DNA of 64,000 nt from Escherichia coli (GTDB taxonomy: Bacteria > Pseudomonadota > Gammaproteobacteria > Enterobacterales > Enterobacteriaceae), in NCBI RefSeq assembly GCF_009931435.1, contig NZ_CP043414.1, one strand, 5' to 3'. The notes under the pieces are model-generated. The model made no database searches. It had not been told where the DNA came from and was given only the letters and a program-made list of their open reading frames with translations. A program made the position numbers and the translations under genes. The stretch's first letter is position 1; every line of letters starts with the position of its first letter. Shown one piece after another: positions 11,777 through 23,700 of the stretch.

Positions 11777-12131
11777 TTTACATCTCTCCGCGTAATTACT
11801 GTTACGCCTGAATGACTTCATTACACCTGATACAGTGAGTTGACACCGGGCAAAACGACCTTAAAAGTCCTGCATTTTACCGTGGGCATCACCTCAGAAT
11901 TCTGAGCTAAACTGCTCGAGACGGCGCTAATGTACGCCTAAAACTGAAACGAGACAAGAGGCATTTTCTTATTTACTTTTAGTAACTTACAGGTGTCTCA
12001 TATCGGCGACAGTTTAATTTCTGACGGTAATAATTAGAGATTCAGCGAAGGAAAAAACCTTAAGAAAAAAGCCATAAAAACCATGAGGTTATTATGGCTG
12101 ATTTGAGGAGGGAAAGAGTAAGAGCAGTTTG

Positions 12132-13052
12132 TTAAATGTATAACGACGATTCACCCACCGGGCGCGTTTTAAAGCGACGGTGGATCCAGAGGTATTGCTC
12201 AGGTGCGCGCATAATCTCTTTCTCGATAATCTTGTTCATATAGGCAGCGGCTTGATTTTCATCTGCCGGGTAGCCTTCCATTTCAGGGGTGATGAACAAC
12301 CGATATCCGCTGTAATCCGTTTTTCTGACCATCGTTACGGTCAACATGGCTGCGCCAGAGAGACGAGAGAGGACATAGGTGCCATTGGTTGTGGCAACAT
12401 TTTCTACCGCAAAGAACGGTGCGAAGGAGCTACCTTTACGACCATAATCCTGATCGGGAGCAAACCATACGGCTTCACCTTTCTTCAGCGCACCGACAAT
12501 ACCGCGCAGATTATTTCTGCCGATCATCGCTTTGTTAGAGCGCATGCGACCACGGGTCTGCACCCATTCCATCAGCTGATTATTATGCGGACGATAGGTG
12601 GCCATCATTGGCTGACATAGTCCCATCACGCGGCCGCCTAATTCCAGCGACATAAAATGGACGCCGACAACCATCACGCCACGATTTTGCAGTTGTGCGC
12701 GTTTGAGGTTATCCAGCCCTTCAACATCAAACCATTTACGTACGCGACTGTCGGGCCAGAACCATGCCATGCCGGTTTCTACCAGCGCCATGCCGAGTGA
12801 ACGAAAGTTTTCGGCAATCATCTTCTCGCGCTCTTCAGCAGAATGCTGTGGGAAACAAAGTTCCAGGTTCTTACGGGCGATAGATTCACGACGTTTCAGG
12901 AATGGTCGCGCCATCGTGCCGATACGCGTGCCGAGAAAACAGAGAACAGGGTAAGGAAGCTGTACCCAAAGCCAGAGTACACCAAGCCCAAACCATGTGA
13001 GCCAGTAGCGAGGATGTAGAAACTCGCGGGAAAATTTGCATTTTGGAAACAT
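12132..13052 (-). CDS. lpxP: Lipid A palmitoleoyl-ACP acyltransferase
   Basis: LpxL/HtrB-family acyltransferase; start set to MFPKCKF (306 aa) rather than the 22-codon longer track ORF. Confidence 0.85.
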   Translation of the reverse strand: MFPKCKFSREFLHPRYWLTWFGLGVLWLWVQLPYPVLCFLGTRIGTMARPFLKRRESIARKNLELCFPQHSAEEREKMIAENFRSLGMALVETGMAWFWPDSRVRKWFDVEGLDNLKRAQLQNRGVMVVGVHFMSLELGGRVMGLCQPMMATYRPHNNQLMEWVQTRGRMRSNKAMIGRNNLRGIVGALKKGEAVWFAPDQDYGRKGSSFAPFFAVENVATTNGTYVLSRLSGAAMLTVTMVRKTDYSGYRLFITPEMEGYPADENQAAAYMNKIIEKEIMRAPEQYLWIHRRFKTRPVGESSLYI

Positions 13053-13404
13053 AGTTACCTTCTGTAGATACGAATTGTTGTATCGCAGAAGATTCCATGT
13101 CGACAGCGGTACACTCAATTGATTGGGCCATCATGTACGACAATGGTTCCTGTAAAGAGTGTAAAGACTAGTCAGGACATAACCACGAGGAGCATGAATG
13201 CGGTATCTGTACTTTATCACTCGCTGACTGCTTTCAGCTACTGATTATTAATCGTGCAAAGTAAATATTTTTCCGTACGCAACAGTGTTGCATTTAACAT
13301 GCTGTTTTCATTGATGCTTAGCAAAAATTGCCAGAGGTTAAGGATTGTCTTACTATTAAAGTGACTGAAGTTACAGGTTTTTTAGCGCGGCAGGAGGTTG
13401 AGCT

Positions 13405-13647
13405 ATGATTTATTTATGGATGTTTCTCGCCCTGTGCATTGTCTGCGTAAGCGGATACATCGGTCAGGTACTGAACGTGGTCTCGGCGGTCTCTTCTTTC
13501 TTCGGCATGGTGATCCTCGCTGCACTCATTTACTACTTCACCATGTGGTTAACTGGCGGTAATGAACTAGTGACGGGGATATTTATGTTTCTTGCCCCGG
13601 CTTGTGGCTTGATGATTCGCTTTATGGTGGGGTATGGCAGGCGGTAG
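13405..13647 (+). CDS. yfdY: Small inner-membrane protein
   Basis: 80 aa, two predicted TM helices; synteny. Confidence 0.7.
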   Translation: MIYLWMFLALCIVCVSGYIGQVLNVVSAVSSFFGMVILAALIYYFTMWLTGGNELVTGIFMFLAPACGLMIRFMVGYGRR

Positions 13648-13723
13648 TAGTTCAGGATGGATCATTTGGGCAGGTGCTCACATCATCAACAGATATGATT
13701 GTTCACCTGCCATGTGACAGACG

Positions 13724-13999
13724 CTATCGCACAGGATGAATAAGATAATTCGCCTTTGTCGGAAAAGGGGGCGTGATGTCTTCTGTGAGATTTAATGGTG
13801 GCGCATCTTCTCTCATCTTAAACAAAATCGCCTGTGATGGTTGAAGTTTTGTAGAATGAGTTGTCGTCATCACTGATGTTTTTTCTGTCTCTTTATAGCT
13901 CGTCTCACTTCCACCACCAGAAATGGAAAATGCAAAAACATTGCATGCCATAATAGAGACCAATAAAAATAAGCTAAAAAGCATTAAGTTTACTTTCAT
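13724..13999 (-). CDS. ypdI: Small lipoprotein
   Basis: 91 aa; signal peptide with lipobox (LVSIMAC); synteny. Confidence 0.7.
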   Translation of the reverse strand: MKVNLMLFSLFLLVSIMACNVFAFSISGGGSETSYKETEKTSVMTTTHSTKLQPSQAILFKMREDAPPLNLTEDITPPFPTKANYLIHPVR

Positions 14000-14142
14000 A
14001 GAAAGTTATCCTGAGAATGGCTCACTGAGAACCTACGATGTTATGGCTGTATTTACATTTAATTAATCAGTATTTACATCGATATAATAAATGACATCTC
14101 TTTGTGGTATATAAGAATAGTTCTCTGCGACAGGAAGCATAT

Positions 14143-14160
14143 TCCTACAATTGTAAGACT
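14143..14160. promoter_or_regulatory. EvgA-box-like inverted repeat upstream of yfdX
   Basis: TTCCTACA-AT-TGTAAGAC versus the published 18-bp EvgA box (TTCYTACA-N2-TGTARGAA), 15/16 half-site matches. Confidence 0.55.
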
Positions 14161-14294
14161 AAAATACTTCTTGCGATAATAACTACAACTGTAAGATAAC
14201 CCTTTCAAAATGACCGTTGCTCTCTGATTTCTCATTTCATGCTCACCCAATATGATGGCGGCGTTTTCTAAAACTGTTAAAGAATGAGGTAAGT

Positions 14295-14927
14295 ATGAAA
14301 CGTTTAATTATGGCTACGATGGTCACAGCGATTTTGGCATCATCAACTGTATGGGCTGCTGATAATGCACCGGTAGCAGCACAACAGCAAACTCAGCAAG
14401 TTCAGCAAACCCAGAAAACTGTAGCAGCAGAGCGTATCTCTGAACAGGGTTTATATGCGATGCGTGACGTGCAGGTAGCGCGCCTGGCTCTGTTTCATGG
14501 CGATCCGGAAAAGGCAAAAGAACTGACCAATGAAGCTTCCGCTTTGCTGTCAGATGACAGTACTGAATGGGCAAAGTTCGCTAAACCAGGTAAAAAGACC
14601 AATATCAATGATGACCAATATATTGTCATTAATGCATCTGTCGGAATTTCTGAGAGTTATGTAGCGACACCAGAAAAAGAAGCAGCGATAAAAATTGCGA
14701 ATGAAAAAATGGCGAAAGGAGATAAAAAGGGCGCAATGGAAGAGCTTCGCCTGGCCGGTGTTGGCGTAATGGAAAACCAATATCTGATGCCGCTTAAACA
14801 GACTCGTAATGCACTTGCTGATGCGCAGAAACTGCTTGATAAAAAGCAATACTACGAGGCAAACCTGGCGCTTAAAGGTGCGGAAGATGGAATCATCGTC
14901 GATAGCGAAGCACTGTTTGTGAACTAA
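14295..14927 (+). CDS. yfdX: Periplasmic YfdX-family protein (EvgA regulon)
   Basis: 210 aa with signal peptide ([21 protein letters not shown]); Q-rich N-terminal region; synteny. Confidence 0.85.
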   Translation: MKRLIMATMVTAILASSTVWAADNAPVAAQQQTQQVQQTQKTVAAERISEQGLYAMRDVQVARLALFHGDPEKAKELTNEASALLSDDSTEWAKFAKPGKKTNINDDQYIVINASVGISESYVATPEKEAAIKIANEKMAKGDKKGAMEELRLAGVGVMENQYLMPLKQTRNALADAQKLLDKKQYYEANLALKGAEDGIIVDSEALFVN

Positions 14928-15171
14928 TGCTGACAGGCAGCATATTGAAGTAAAAGATTTTACTCCCTCCAGGCGACAATTTTTTATGACCACAATACGA
15001 CCGATTGTGGTCATAAAATTATTTGGCGCTCGCGGTTCTATAAACACGCATTTTCTATTCCTCAAAGTAAACATCAATAATCCCGTGTCATCACGAAATC
15101 ATTGTTTATGTTATGTTTTATGGTACGATTTAAAAATCGTAATCATTTCCCTAACTGTAAATCACAATCGC

Positions 15172-15189
15172 TTCTTACAGTTGTAAGAA
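15172..15189. promoter_or_regulatory. EvgA box (perfect half-sites) upstream of frc
   Basis: TTCTTACA-GT-TGTAAGAA, both half-sites exact matches to the EvgA consensus; about 250 bp upstream of the frc start. Confidence 0.65.
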
Positions 15190-15440
15190 TAACATCACAA
15201 ATGTCGCGGCTCTCTCTGATTACCGCAAACCAATATTTATCATATTCTTCTTTTCGTCCTCACTACTTACCATGCAAAAAGGAATTGGAAGTGGCGATGA
15301 AATGATTTTCAGCACTTGATACAGGAATTTAAAAATATCGAGTGCAGCTACGACGATATTTTGCGGATTATTTATAGAGGGCGTTATGCCTTAAATAAAC
15401 GCTAAATTAACATATATTTAATTAACTAATAGGTATTGCT

Positions 15441-16691
15441 ATGTCAACTCCACTTCAAGGAATTAAAGTTCTCGATTTCACCGGTGTGCAATCTGGCCCA
15501 TCTTGTACTCAGATGCTGGCGTGGTTTGGCGCTGACGTCATTAAAATTGAACGTCCCGGCGTTGGTGACGTAACGCGTCGCCAGCTGCGAGATATTCCTG
15601 ATATCGATGCACTTTACTTCACCATGCTTAACAGCAACAAACGTTCTATTGAATTAAATACCAAAACAGCGGAAGGCAAAGAGGTAATGGAAAAGCTGAT
15701 CCGCGAAGCTGATATCTTAGTCGAGAACTTTCATCCAGGGGCCATTGATCACATGGGCTTCACCTGGGAGCATATTCAGGAAATCAATCCACGTTTGATT
15801 TTTGGTTCGATCAAAGGGTTTGATGAGTGTTCGCCTTATGTGAATGTAAAAGCCTATGAAAACGTTGCTCAGGCAGCGGGTGGCGCGGCATCCACTACGG
15901 GTTTTTGGGACGGCCCGCCGCTGGTAAGCGCTGCAGCGTTGGGTGACAGCAACACCGGAATGCATTTGCTGATCGGTTTACTTGCTGCTTTGCTGCATCG
16001 CGAAAAAACGGGGCGTGGGCAACGAGTTACCATGTCAATGCAGGATGCCGTGTTGAACCTTTGCCGCGTGAAATTACGTGACCAGCAGCGCCTCGATAAG
16101 CTGGGTTATCTGGAAGAATACCCGCAGTATCCGAATGGCACATTTGGCGACGCAGTACCACGCGGTGGTAATGCGGGTGGTGGCGGTCAGCCTGGCTGGA
16201 TCCTGAAATGTAAAGGCTGGGAAACCGATCCTAACGCCTATATTTATTTCACTATTCAGGAGCAAAACTGGGAAAACACCTGTAAAGCTATCGGCAAACC
16301 AGAATGGATTACCGATCCGGCATACAGTACAGCTCATGCCCGACAGCCACATATTTTCGATATTTTTGCTGAAATCGAAAAATACACTGTCACTATTGAT
16401 AAACATGAAGCGGTGGCCTATTTGACTCAGTTTGATATTCCTTGTGCACCGGTTTTAAGTATGAAAGAAATTTCACTTGATCCCTCTTTGCGCCAAAGTG
16501 GCAGTGTTGTCGAAGTGGAGCAACCGTTGCGTGGAAAATATCTGACAGTTGGTTGTCCAATGAAATTCTCTGCCTTTACGCCGGATATTAAAGCTGCGCC
16601 GCTATTAGGTGAACATACCGCTGCTGTATTGCAGGAGCTGGGTTATAGCGACGATGAAATTGCTGCAATGAAGCAAAACCACGCCATCTGA
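15441..16691 (+). CDS. frc: Formyl-CoA:oxalate CoA-transferase (family III CoA-transferase)
   Basis: 416 aa; CaiB/BaiF family motifs; synteny with oxc. Confidence 0.9.
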   Translation: MSTPLQGIKVLDFTGVQSGPSCTQMLAWFGADVIKIERPGVGDVTRRQLRDIPDIDALYFTMLNSNKRSIELNTKTAEGKEVMEKLIREADILVENFHPGAIDHMGFTWEHIQEINPRLIFGSIKGFDECSPYVNVKAYENVAQAAGGAASTTGFWDGPPLVSAAALGDSNTGMHLLIGLLAALLHREKTGRGQRVTMSMQDAVLNLCRVKLRDQQRLDKLGYLEEYPQYPNGTFGDAVPRGGNAGGGGQPGWILKCKGWETDPNAYIYFTIQEQNWENTCKAIGKPEWITDPAYSTAHARQPHIFDIFAEIEKYTVTIDKHEAVAYLTQFDIPCAPVLSMKEISLDPSLRQSGSVVEVEQPLRGKYLTVGCPMKFSAFTPDIKAAPLLGEHTAAVLQELGYSDDEIAAMKQNHAI

Positions 16692-16744
16692 TATTAACGG
16701 GGGCTTCTGGCTCCCAATTTATAAAAATTTCGAGGTTATTAATC

Positions 16745-18439
16745 ATGTCAGATCAACTTCAAATGACAGATGGTATGCATATCATCGTTGAAGCATTAAA
16801 ACAGAATAATATTGACACTATTTATGGTGTTGTAGGTATTCCTGTGACGGATATGGCGCGCCATGCCCAGGCGGAAGGCATTCGTTATATTGGTTTTCGT
16901 CATGAGCAATCTGCAGGCTATGCGGCTGCGGCAAGCGGTTTTCTTACCCAAAAGCCAGGGATCTGCCTGACCGTTTCTGCGCCAGGATTCCTCAATGGTT
17001 TGACCGCATTGGCCAACGCAACAGTAAATGGTTTTCCGATGATCATGATCAGCGGCTCCAGCGATCGCGCGATCGTTGATCTCCAGCAAGGTGATTATGA
17101 AGAGCTGGACCAAATGAATGCGGCAAAACCCTATGCCAAAGCGGCATTCCGCGTTAACCAGCCGCAGGATCTTGGCATTGCGTTGGCACGCGCTATCCGG
17201 GTCTCCGTTTCGGGTCGCCCTGGCGGTGTTTATCTTGATTTGCCAGCAAATGTCCTGGCTGCGACGATGGAAAAAGACGAGGCATTAGCCACTATTGTTA
17301 AAGTTGAAAACCCATCGCCAGCGTTATTGCCATGCCCGAAGTCAGTCACTAGTGCAATTTCGCTGTTAGCAAAAGCAGAACGGCCATTAATTATCCTTGG
17401 TAAAGGCGCGGCGTATTCACAAGCTGATGAGCAGCTTCGTGAGTTTATTGAAAGTACCCAGATTCCATTCCTGCCAATGTCTATGGCGAAAGGGATCCTG
17501 GAAGATACGCATCCACTTTCTGCGGCGGCTGCGCGTTCGTTTGCGCTGGCAAATGCTGATGTTGTCATGCTTGTTGGGGCGCGACTGAATTGGTTACTGG
17601 CGCACGGTAAAAAAGGATGGGCGGCAGATACACAGTTTATTCAACTGGATATAGAACCGCAGGAAATTGACAGCAACCGCCCCATTGCTGTGCCAGTCGT
17701 TGGCGATATTGCATCCAGTATGCACGGTATGCTGGCAGAACTGAAACAAAACACATTTACGACTCCACTGGTGTGGCGCGATATTTTAAATATCCACAAG
17801 CAGCAAAATGCGCAAAAAATGCATGAAAAGTTAAGTACAGATACCCAACCATTAAATTACTTTAATGCATTGAGTGCGGTGCGCGATGTATTGCGCGAGA
17901 ACCAGGATATTTATTTAGTTAATGAAGGGGCAAATACTCTGGATAATGCACGAAATATTATTGATATGTATAAACCACGTCGTCGTCTGGATTGTGGCAC
18001 CTGGGGTGTCATGGGCATCGGTATGGGCTATGCCATCGGTGCTAGCGTGACCTCTGGTTCTCCGGTTGTCGCCATTGAAGGTGATAGTGCTTTTGGTTTC
18101 AGTGGGATGGAGATTGAAACGATTTGTCGATATAACCTGCCGGTGACAATCGTTATTTTTAATAATGGCGGCATCTACAGAGGAGACGGTGTTGATCTCA
18201 GTGGCGCTGGTGCACCATCACCAACAGATCTATTGCACCATGCAAGGTATGACAAATTAATGGATGCATTTCGTGGCGTTGGATATAACGTCACCACGAC
18301 AGATGAACTTCGTCATGCTTTAACCACCGGTATTCAGTCGCGCAAACCGACCATTATTAATGTGGTCATCGACCCAGCAGCAGGAACTGAAAGTGGCCAT
18401 ATTACCAAACTTAACCCAAAACAAGTCGCTGGTAATTAA
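16745..18439 (+). CDS. oxc: Oxalyl-CoA decarboxylase (thiamine-diphosphate dependent)
   Basis: 564 aa; TPP-binding motif ([31 protein letters not shown]). Confidence 0.9.
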
Positions 18440-18507
18440 ATACTGACATCGTCTCCTCTTGCCAACTCATTATCGATGGTGAGGGGACCCTTATCGGAAA
18501 TACTATT

Positions 18508-19452
18508 ATGCTAACATTTTTTATTGGCGATTTATTGCCTATTATCGTAATCATGCTGTTGGGTTATTTTAGCGGCAGACGAGAAACTTTTTCAGAAGAT
18601 CAAGCCCGGGCATTTAATAAACTGGTATTAAACTACGCTCTTCCTGCGGCCCTATTTGTTTCTATTACCCGGGCAAACAGGGAAATGATTTTTGCGGACA
18701 CTCGCCTGACCCTTGTATCACTTGTGGTTATTGTCGGATGTTTCTTTTTCTCCTGGTTTGGTTGCTACAAATTTTTTAAACGTACCCATGCAGAAGCAGC
18801 AGTATGTGCATTAATTGCAGGTTCACCTACCATTGGATTCCTGGGGTTTGCAGTTCTCGACCCTATTTATGGTGATTCCGTATCAACAGGTTTAGTGGTA
18901 GCAATTATTTCTATTATTGTTAACGCAATTACTATTCCTATTGGTCTGTATTTGCTGAATCCCTCCTCAGGAGCGGATGGTAAGAAGAATAGCAATCTGA
19001 GCGCGTTAATCTCTGCGGCAAAGGAGCCAGTCGTATGGGCACCTGTTCTGGCAACGATCCTGGTGTTGGTTGGGGTAAAAATTCCGGCAGCATGGGACCC
19101 AACCTTTAATCTGATTGCGAAGGCTAACTCAGGGGTAGCGGTATTCGCTGCGGGGTTGACTCTGGCTGCACATAAATTCGAGTTCAGTGCTGAAATTGCT
19201 TATAACACCTTCCTGAAGCTGATTCTGATGCCACTGGCACTGCTTCTCGTTGGTATGGCATGTCATTTGAACAGCGAACATCTGCAGATGATGGTACTGG
19301 CAGGCGCATTACCGCCGGCATTCTCCGGAATCATTATTGCCAGCCGGTTTAATGTCTACACCCGCACTGGTACAGCGTCATTGGCTGTTAGCGTGCTGGG
19401 TTTTGTCGTCACGGCTCCCTTGTGGATTTATGTCAGTCGACTGGTTTCATAA
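18508..19452 (+). CDS. yfdV: AEC-family (auxin efflux carrier-like) transporter
   Basis: 314-aa polytopic membrane protein; synteny. Confidence 0.85.
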
Positions 19453-19525
19453 TTAATCATGTTATTAATTTTCATAAATGCCGAAGAGTCTTTTCACCTT
19501 CGGCTTTTTTTCAAGGCATAAGCAA

Positions 19526-20671
19526 ATGACAAATACTGAAAGCAAAGGCCCATTTGAAGGGTTATTAGTTATTGATATGACTCATGTCCTTAATGGGCCT
19601 TTCGGAACTCAACTTCTTTGTAATATGGGCGCAAGGGTAATTAAAGTTGAGCCGCCAGGTCATGGTGATGATACCCGCACATTTGGTCCCTATGTGGATG
19701 GACAGTCACTCTATTACAGTTTTATTAATCATGGCAAAGAGAGTGTGGTTCTTGATTTAAAGAATGACCACGATAAAAGTATATTTATAAATATGCTTAA
19801 ACAAGCTGATGTATTAGCCGAGAATTTCCGCCCAGGTACAATGGAAAAAATGGGGTTTTCGTGGGAAACGCTACAAGAAATCAACCCACGTCTCATCTAT
19901 GCTTCATCGTCAGGTTTCGGACATACCGGTCCGCTAAAAGATGCTCCGGCCTACGATACCATTATTCAGGCAATGAGTGGAATAATGATGGAAACGGGAT
20001 ATCCTGATGCTCCGCCAGTGCGTGTTGGCACCTCTCTTGCAGATCTCTGTGGCGGTGTCTATTTATTCAGTGGAATCGTGAGTGCGCTTTATGGCCGCGA
20101 AAAGAGCCAGCGAGGGGCGCATGTCGATATCGCGATGTTTGATGCCACTCTGAGTTTTCTGGAGCATGGACTGATGGCATATATCGCGACAGGGAAGTCA
20201 CCACAACGCCTGGGAAATCGCCATCCCTACATGGCTCCTTTTGATGTGTTCGATACTCAGGATAAACCAATTACTATTTGTTGTGGTAATGACAAGCTTT
20301 TTTCTGCGTTATGCCAGGCACTGGATCTGACGGAACTTGTTGATGATCTCCGATTTAACAGCAATATTTTACGTGTACAAAATCAAGCTATTCTTAAACA
20401 ATATATTGAGCGGACGTTAAAAACGCAGGCAGCTGAAGTTTGGTTAGCCAGAATAAATGAAGTTGGTGTGCCTGTAGCGCCGCTATTAAGTGTGGCTGAG
20501 GCCATTAATTTGCCACAAACTCAGGCGAGAAATATGTTGATTGAAGCTGGCGGAATAATGATGCCGGGTAATCCGATAAAAATCAGCGGCTGTGCGGACC
20601 CGCATGTTATGCCGGGAGCGGCAACGCTCGACCAGCATGGGGAACAAATTCGCCAGGAATTCTCATCGTAA
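19526..20671 (+). CDS. yfdE: Acetyl-CoA:oxalate CoA-transferase (family III)
   Basis: Paralogue of frc; start set to MTNTESKGPF (381 aa), 16 codons inside the track ORF. Confidence 0.85.
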   Translation: MTNTESKGPFEGLLVIDMTHVLNGPFGTQLLCNMGARVIKVEPPGHGDDTRTFGPYVDGQSLYYSFINHGKESVVLDLKNDHDKSIFINMLKQADVLAENFRPGTMEKMGFSWETLQEINPRLIYASSSGFGHTGPLKDAPAYDTIIQAMSGIMMETGYPDAPPVRVGTSLADLCGGVYLFSGIVSALYGREKSQRGAHVDIAMFDATLSFLEHGLMAYIATGKSPQRLGNRHPYMAPFDVFDTQDKPITICCGNDKLFSALCQALDLTELVDDLRFNSNILRVQNQAILKQYIERTLKTQAAEVWLARINEVGVPVAPLLSVAEAINLPQTQARNMLIEAGGIMMPGNPIKISGCADPHVMPGAATLDQHGEQIRQEFSS

Positions 20672-20726
20672 ATGTTAGATGTGCTGGTAAATAGCTCCCA
20701 CATTTGAACATTGTGGGAACCGCTAT

Positions 20727-23700
20727 TTAGTCATTTTGTTGACAGAAAACCGCAATCTCCTGGTCTAACTCTGCAATGTGTTCTTTAACAGAGTTCAGCA
20801 ACTTAAGAATTTCAGGCTTGCTGTCATCTGAAACGGGCGTTATTTCTAACTGGTGGCTAAGATTAATCAACTTTTGCAAATTCAGGATGTTAGCCGCACC
20901 GTGGATGCGATGAATACACTGATGGAAAGTTCTGTTATCGCCAGCTTCTAACGCATGAAACGCAGCGGGTAGATCTTTATGCGTTTCATGCTGGAAAGTC
21001 ATGAGAATCTCCTGCATCAGTTGTAGATCGTTCGCCGTATTATTTTTCAGGGCCTCGATATCAAGGTGGCGATACTGAGGTGCAATATGCGCAACCTGGT
21101 GTAACTGACTTAAATGTGTTTTCAGTACATCCAGGGTTAACGGTTTGAACAAACATAAGTTCATGCCGCAATTTAACCCTTTTTCACGTTCGTTAGCCTG
21201 TGCGTTGGCTGTAAGCCCCCAGATGGGTAAGGAAGAATTTTGCTCACGGAGTTTGCGAGTCAACTCAAAACCATCCATATTCGGCATATTAACGTCAGTA
21301 ATAAGCAGATCATAATGTTGCATACTGACTTTGTGTAGCGCTTGCACACCATCAGTTGCTTCATCAACATCATATCCTAATAGGTTTAGCTGGCGTTTGA
21401 GTAATAGCCTGTTGGTCGGATGATCATCCGCGATTAATATGCTCAACTTTTCAGGGAGTGTCATAGGTTGTTCTGCTTTTGCCTCGACAGTCGCCACTTG
21501 TTGGGTAATTTCTACCGGGATTGTGATCGTAAATGTCGTTCCTATGCCTGGATGACTTTCTAATGACAAATCGCCCTGCATGTTTTTAATTAATTCTTTG
21601 CAGATCATTAAGCCTAAACCAGAACCTGTTTGCTGACGACCTGCTGTTGTTTGGCTATAGCGTTTAAACAGTTGTTGTTGTTCTTCCTGCGATAATCCGC
21701 TTCCGGTGTCCATAATGGTCATTTTGATAACAGCGTGGTTGTCATCAATATGAACCAGGGAAGTCGTAATTTTTACTGCCCCCTCGGTGGTAAATTTAAG
21801 GGCATTACTCAGTAAATTAGACAGCACCTGCTTAAATGCTTGAGGGTCGATTTTAACCAGGTAGCGTTCAGGAAGCGTGCTGCTGCAATTTAATGCGATG
21901 GATTTGCTTGCAGCAATCGCACCGAAAGAATGACAAGTGTTTTGGACTAAAGTAGGGATATCGACCCATTGTGGTTGAAGTTGATAGTTACCCGACTCAA
22001 TTTTGTCGACATCAAGGATTTCACCAATTAAGCCGAGGAGCGACTGTCCGGTGGCGTAAGCAAGTGAAATCGCCTCCACACGTTGCTCCTTGCTAAGACC
22101 TGAACCCGACAGAAGTTCCAGGAAGCCCATAATGGAGCTTATTGGTGTTCTTATTTCGTGACTCATTGTTGCCAGGAACTGGCTTTTTGCGACAGTTGCA
22201 TTGATCGCTTTATTTCTTTCTACTTCGAGTGCATGAATTAAATCACGCGTCTCGGTAATATCTTGCCAACCACAAATATATACTGCATTGTCACTTGCAG
22301 GTAAATTACATAATGTATGCCAATGATTAATGCATCTTTTTTCAGTACCATTATTAATTTCAAAAACTTGGCTATATATTGTTCTGTTTTCTTTCGTTTC
22401 TGCTGTGACTTCATGCACATTAGAAAAAACATCTTTAAAGGGGGAGTCACTGTTTTCTAATGGTAACATTGCATTTTTGTAGTAATCAGCAGTGAAATAA
22501 TGTTCAAATGCACTATTGTGACTAATGACATTACCTTGCCAGTTTACAACATAAGTTGGATTCGGTAAGGAATCCGAGAGTGCTTTCCGGAATGATATTT
22601 GGTTTTCTAAATCACCCTGAATTACCTTACGACGACGAACTGAGCGTAACAGGTAGAATCCCCATAAAAGGCTACTGCCAACTAATAAAACGGATAAAGT
22701 CGTAACAATGTAAAATTGCTCACTATAGAGGTCCCATGTGTCAATGGTCACATTGGGCATTTTGATCCATTTTTCCGTCAGGCGCAGAACTTCGCTTGGG
22801 GGAATTGCATTCAATGCTTTATTAATAATATCCTTAAGTTCTGGTTCTCCGCGAGGAAAAGCGAACGAAAGCGATGCATTCTCAACGCCGGGAATAAGAA
22901 AATGATAAAGCTCATTAGGATAGTAATGGTCGATCATGTAACGCGAATTTAGCTGTGTCGCGACCAGGGCATCAAGTTCACCTTCCTTAACCTTGTGAAA
23001 TGCAGCGCTAGCATTATCGACTTGTATCCACTCAACCTCCGGATACATCTCTTTCAATTGCGAATGAAGCTCATAATAATATGGAATGGCAACTTTCATT
23101 CCTTTTTTTAAAGTTTGTTCACTATCAGGCGCTTTTTGCATGACGAAAACGTAAGGCGTTGTTATGAAGGCTTCAGCAAATAAAACATTATTTTCTCGAT
23201 CTTCACTATAAATAGCACCAGGTAATATATCCCATCCACCGGGATTAAGCTGTGTTCCGGCATGGATATTGTGTGAAACGGTGATCGGAGAAAAATTTAA
23301 ACCTGTTTGCAAGGTAATAATATTAAGAATATCCCCCATAACGCCCCGAACCGAGCCATTTTCATCAGTCATAGAATAGGGAGGGGAGTAAGGATTTTCC
23401 AGCACCTTTAAATCGGGATGTTGCTTAATCCACTGTTTTTCATGTTCAGTGAGTTCTAATGGTTTGTTCAGAAAGGCCAGGTTTCCTGTATCAAGCCAAT
23501 TTTGTGATACTTCATAGCGAACTTCATTTGTTAAAGCATCAACAAACCGATTGAGTACTTCATTAAGAATGACGGATTCTTTTCTGGTCAAGAAAAAATT
23601 ATATTGACGCGGCGAGTTATAATATTTCACTACATTTAAGGAGTGAGTGAAATAGCGGGAAATCATACTGCTGGTAATGATGTTACTACCAATAAAGTAA

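Noticed and set aside
14550-15077. 175-aa minus-strand ORF overlapping yfdX and its downstream AT-rich region
   Set aside because: Antisense to well-supported yfdX, Phe/Ile/Cys-rich as expected from AT-rich antisense sequence, no RBS.
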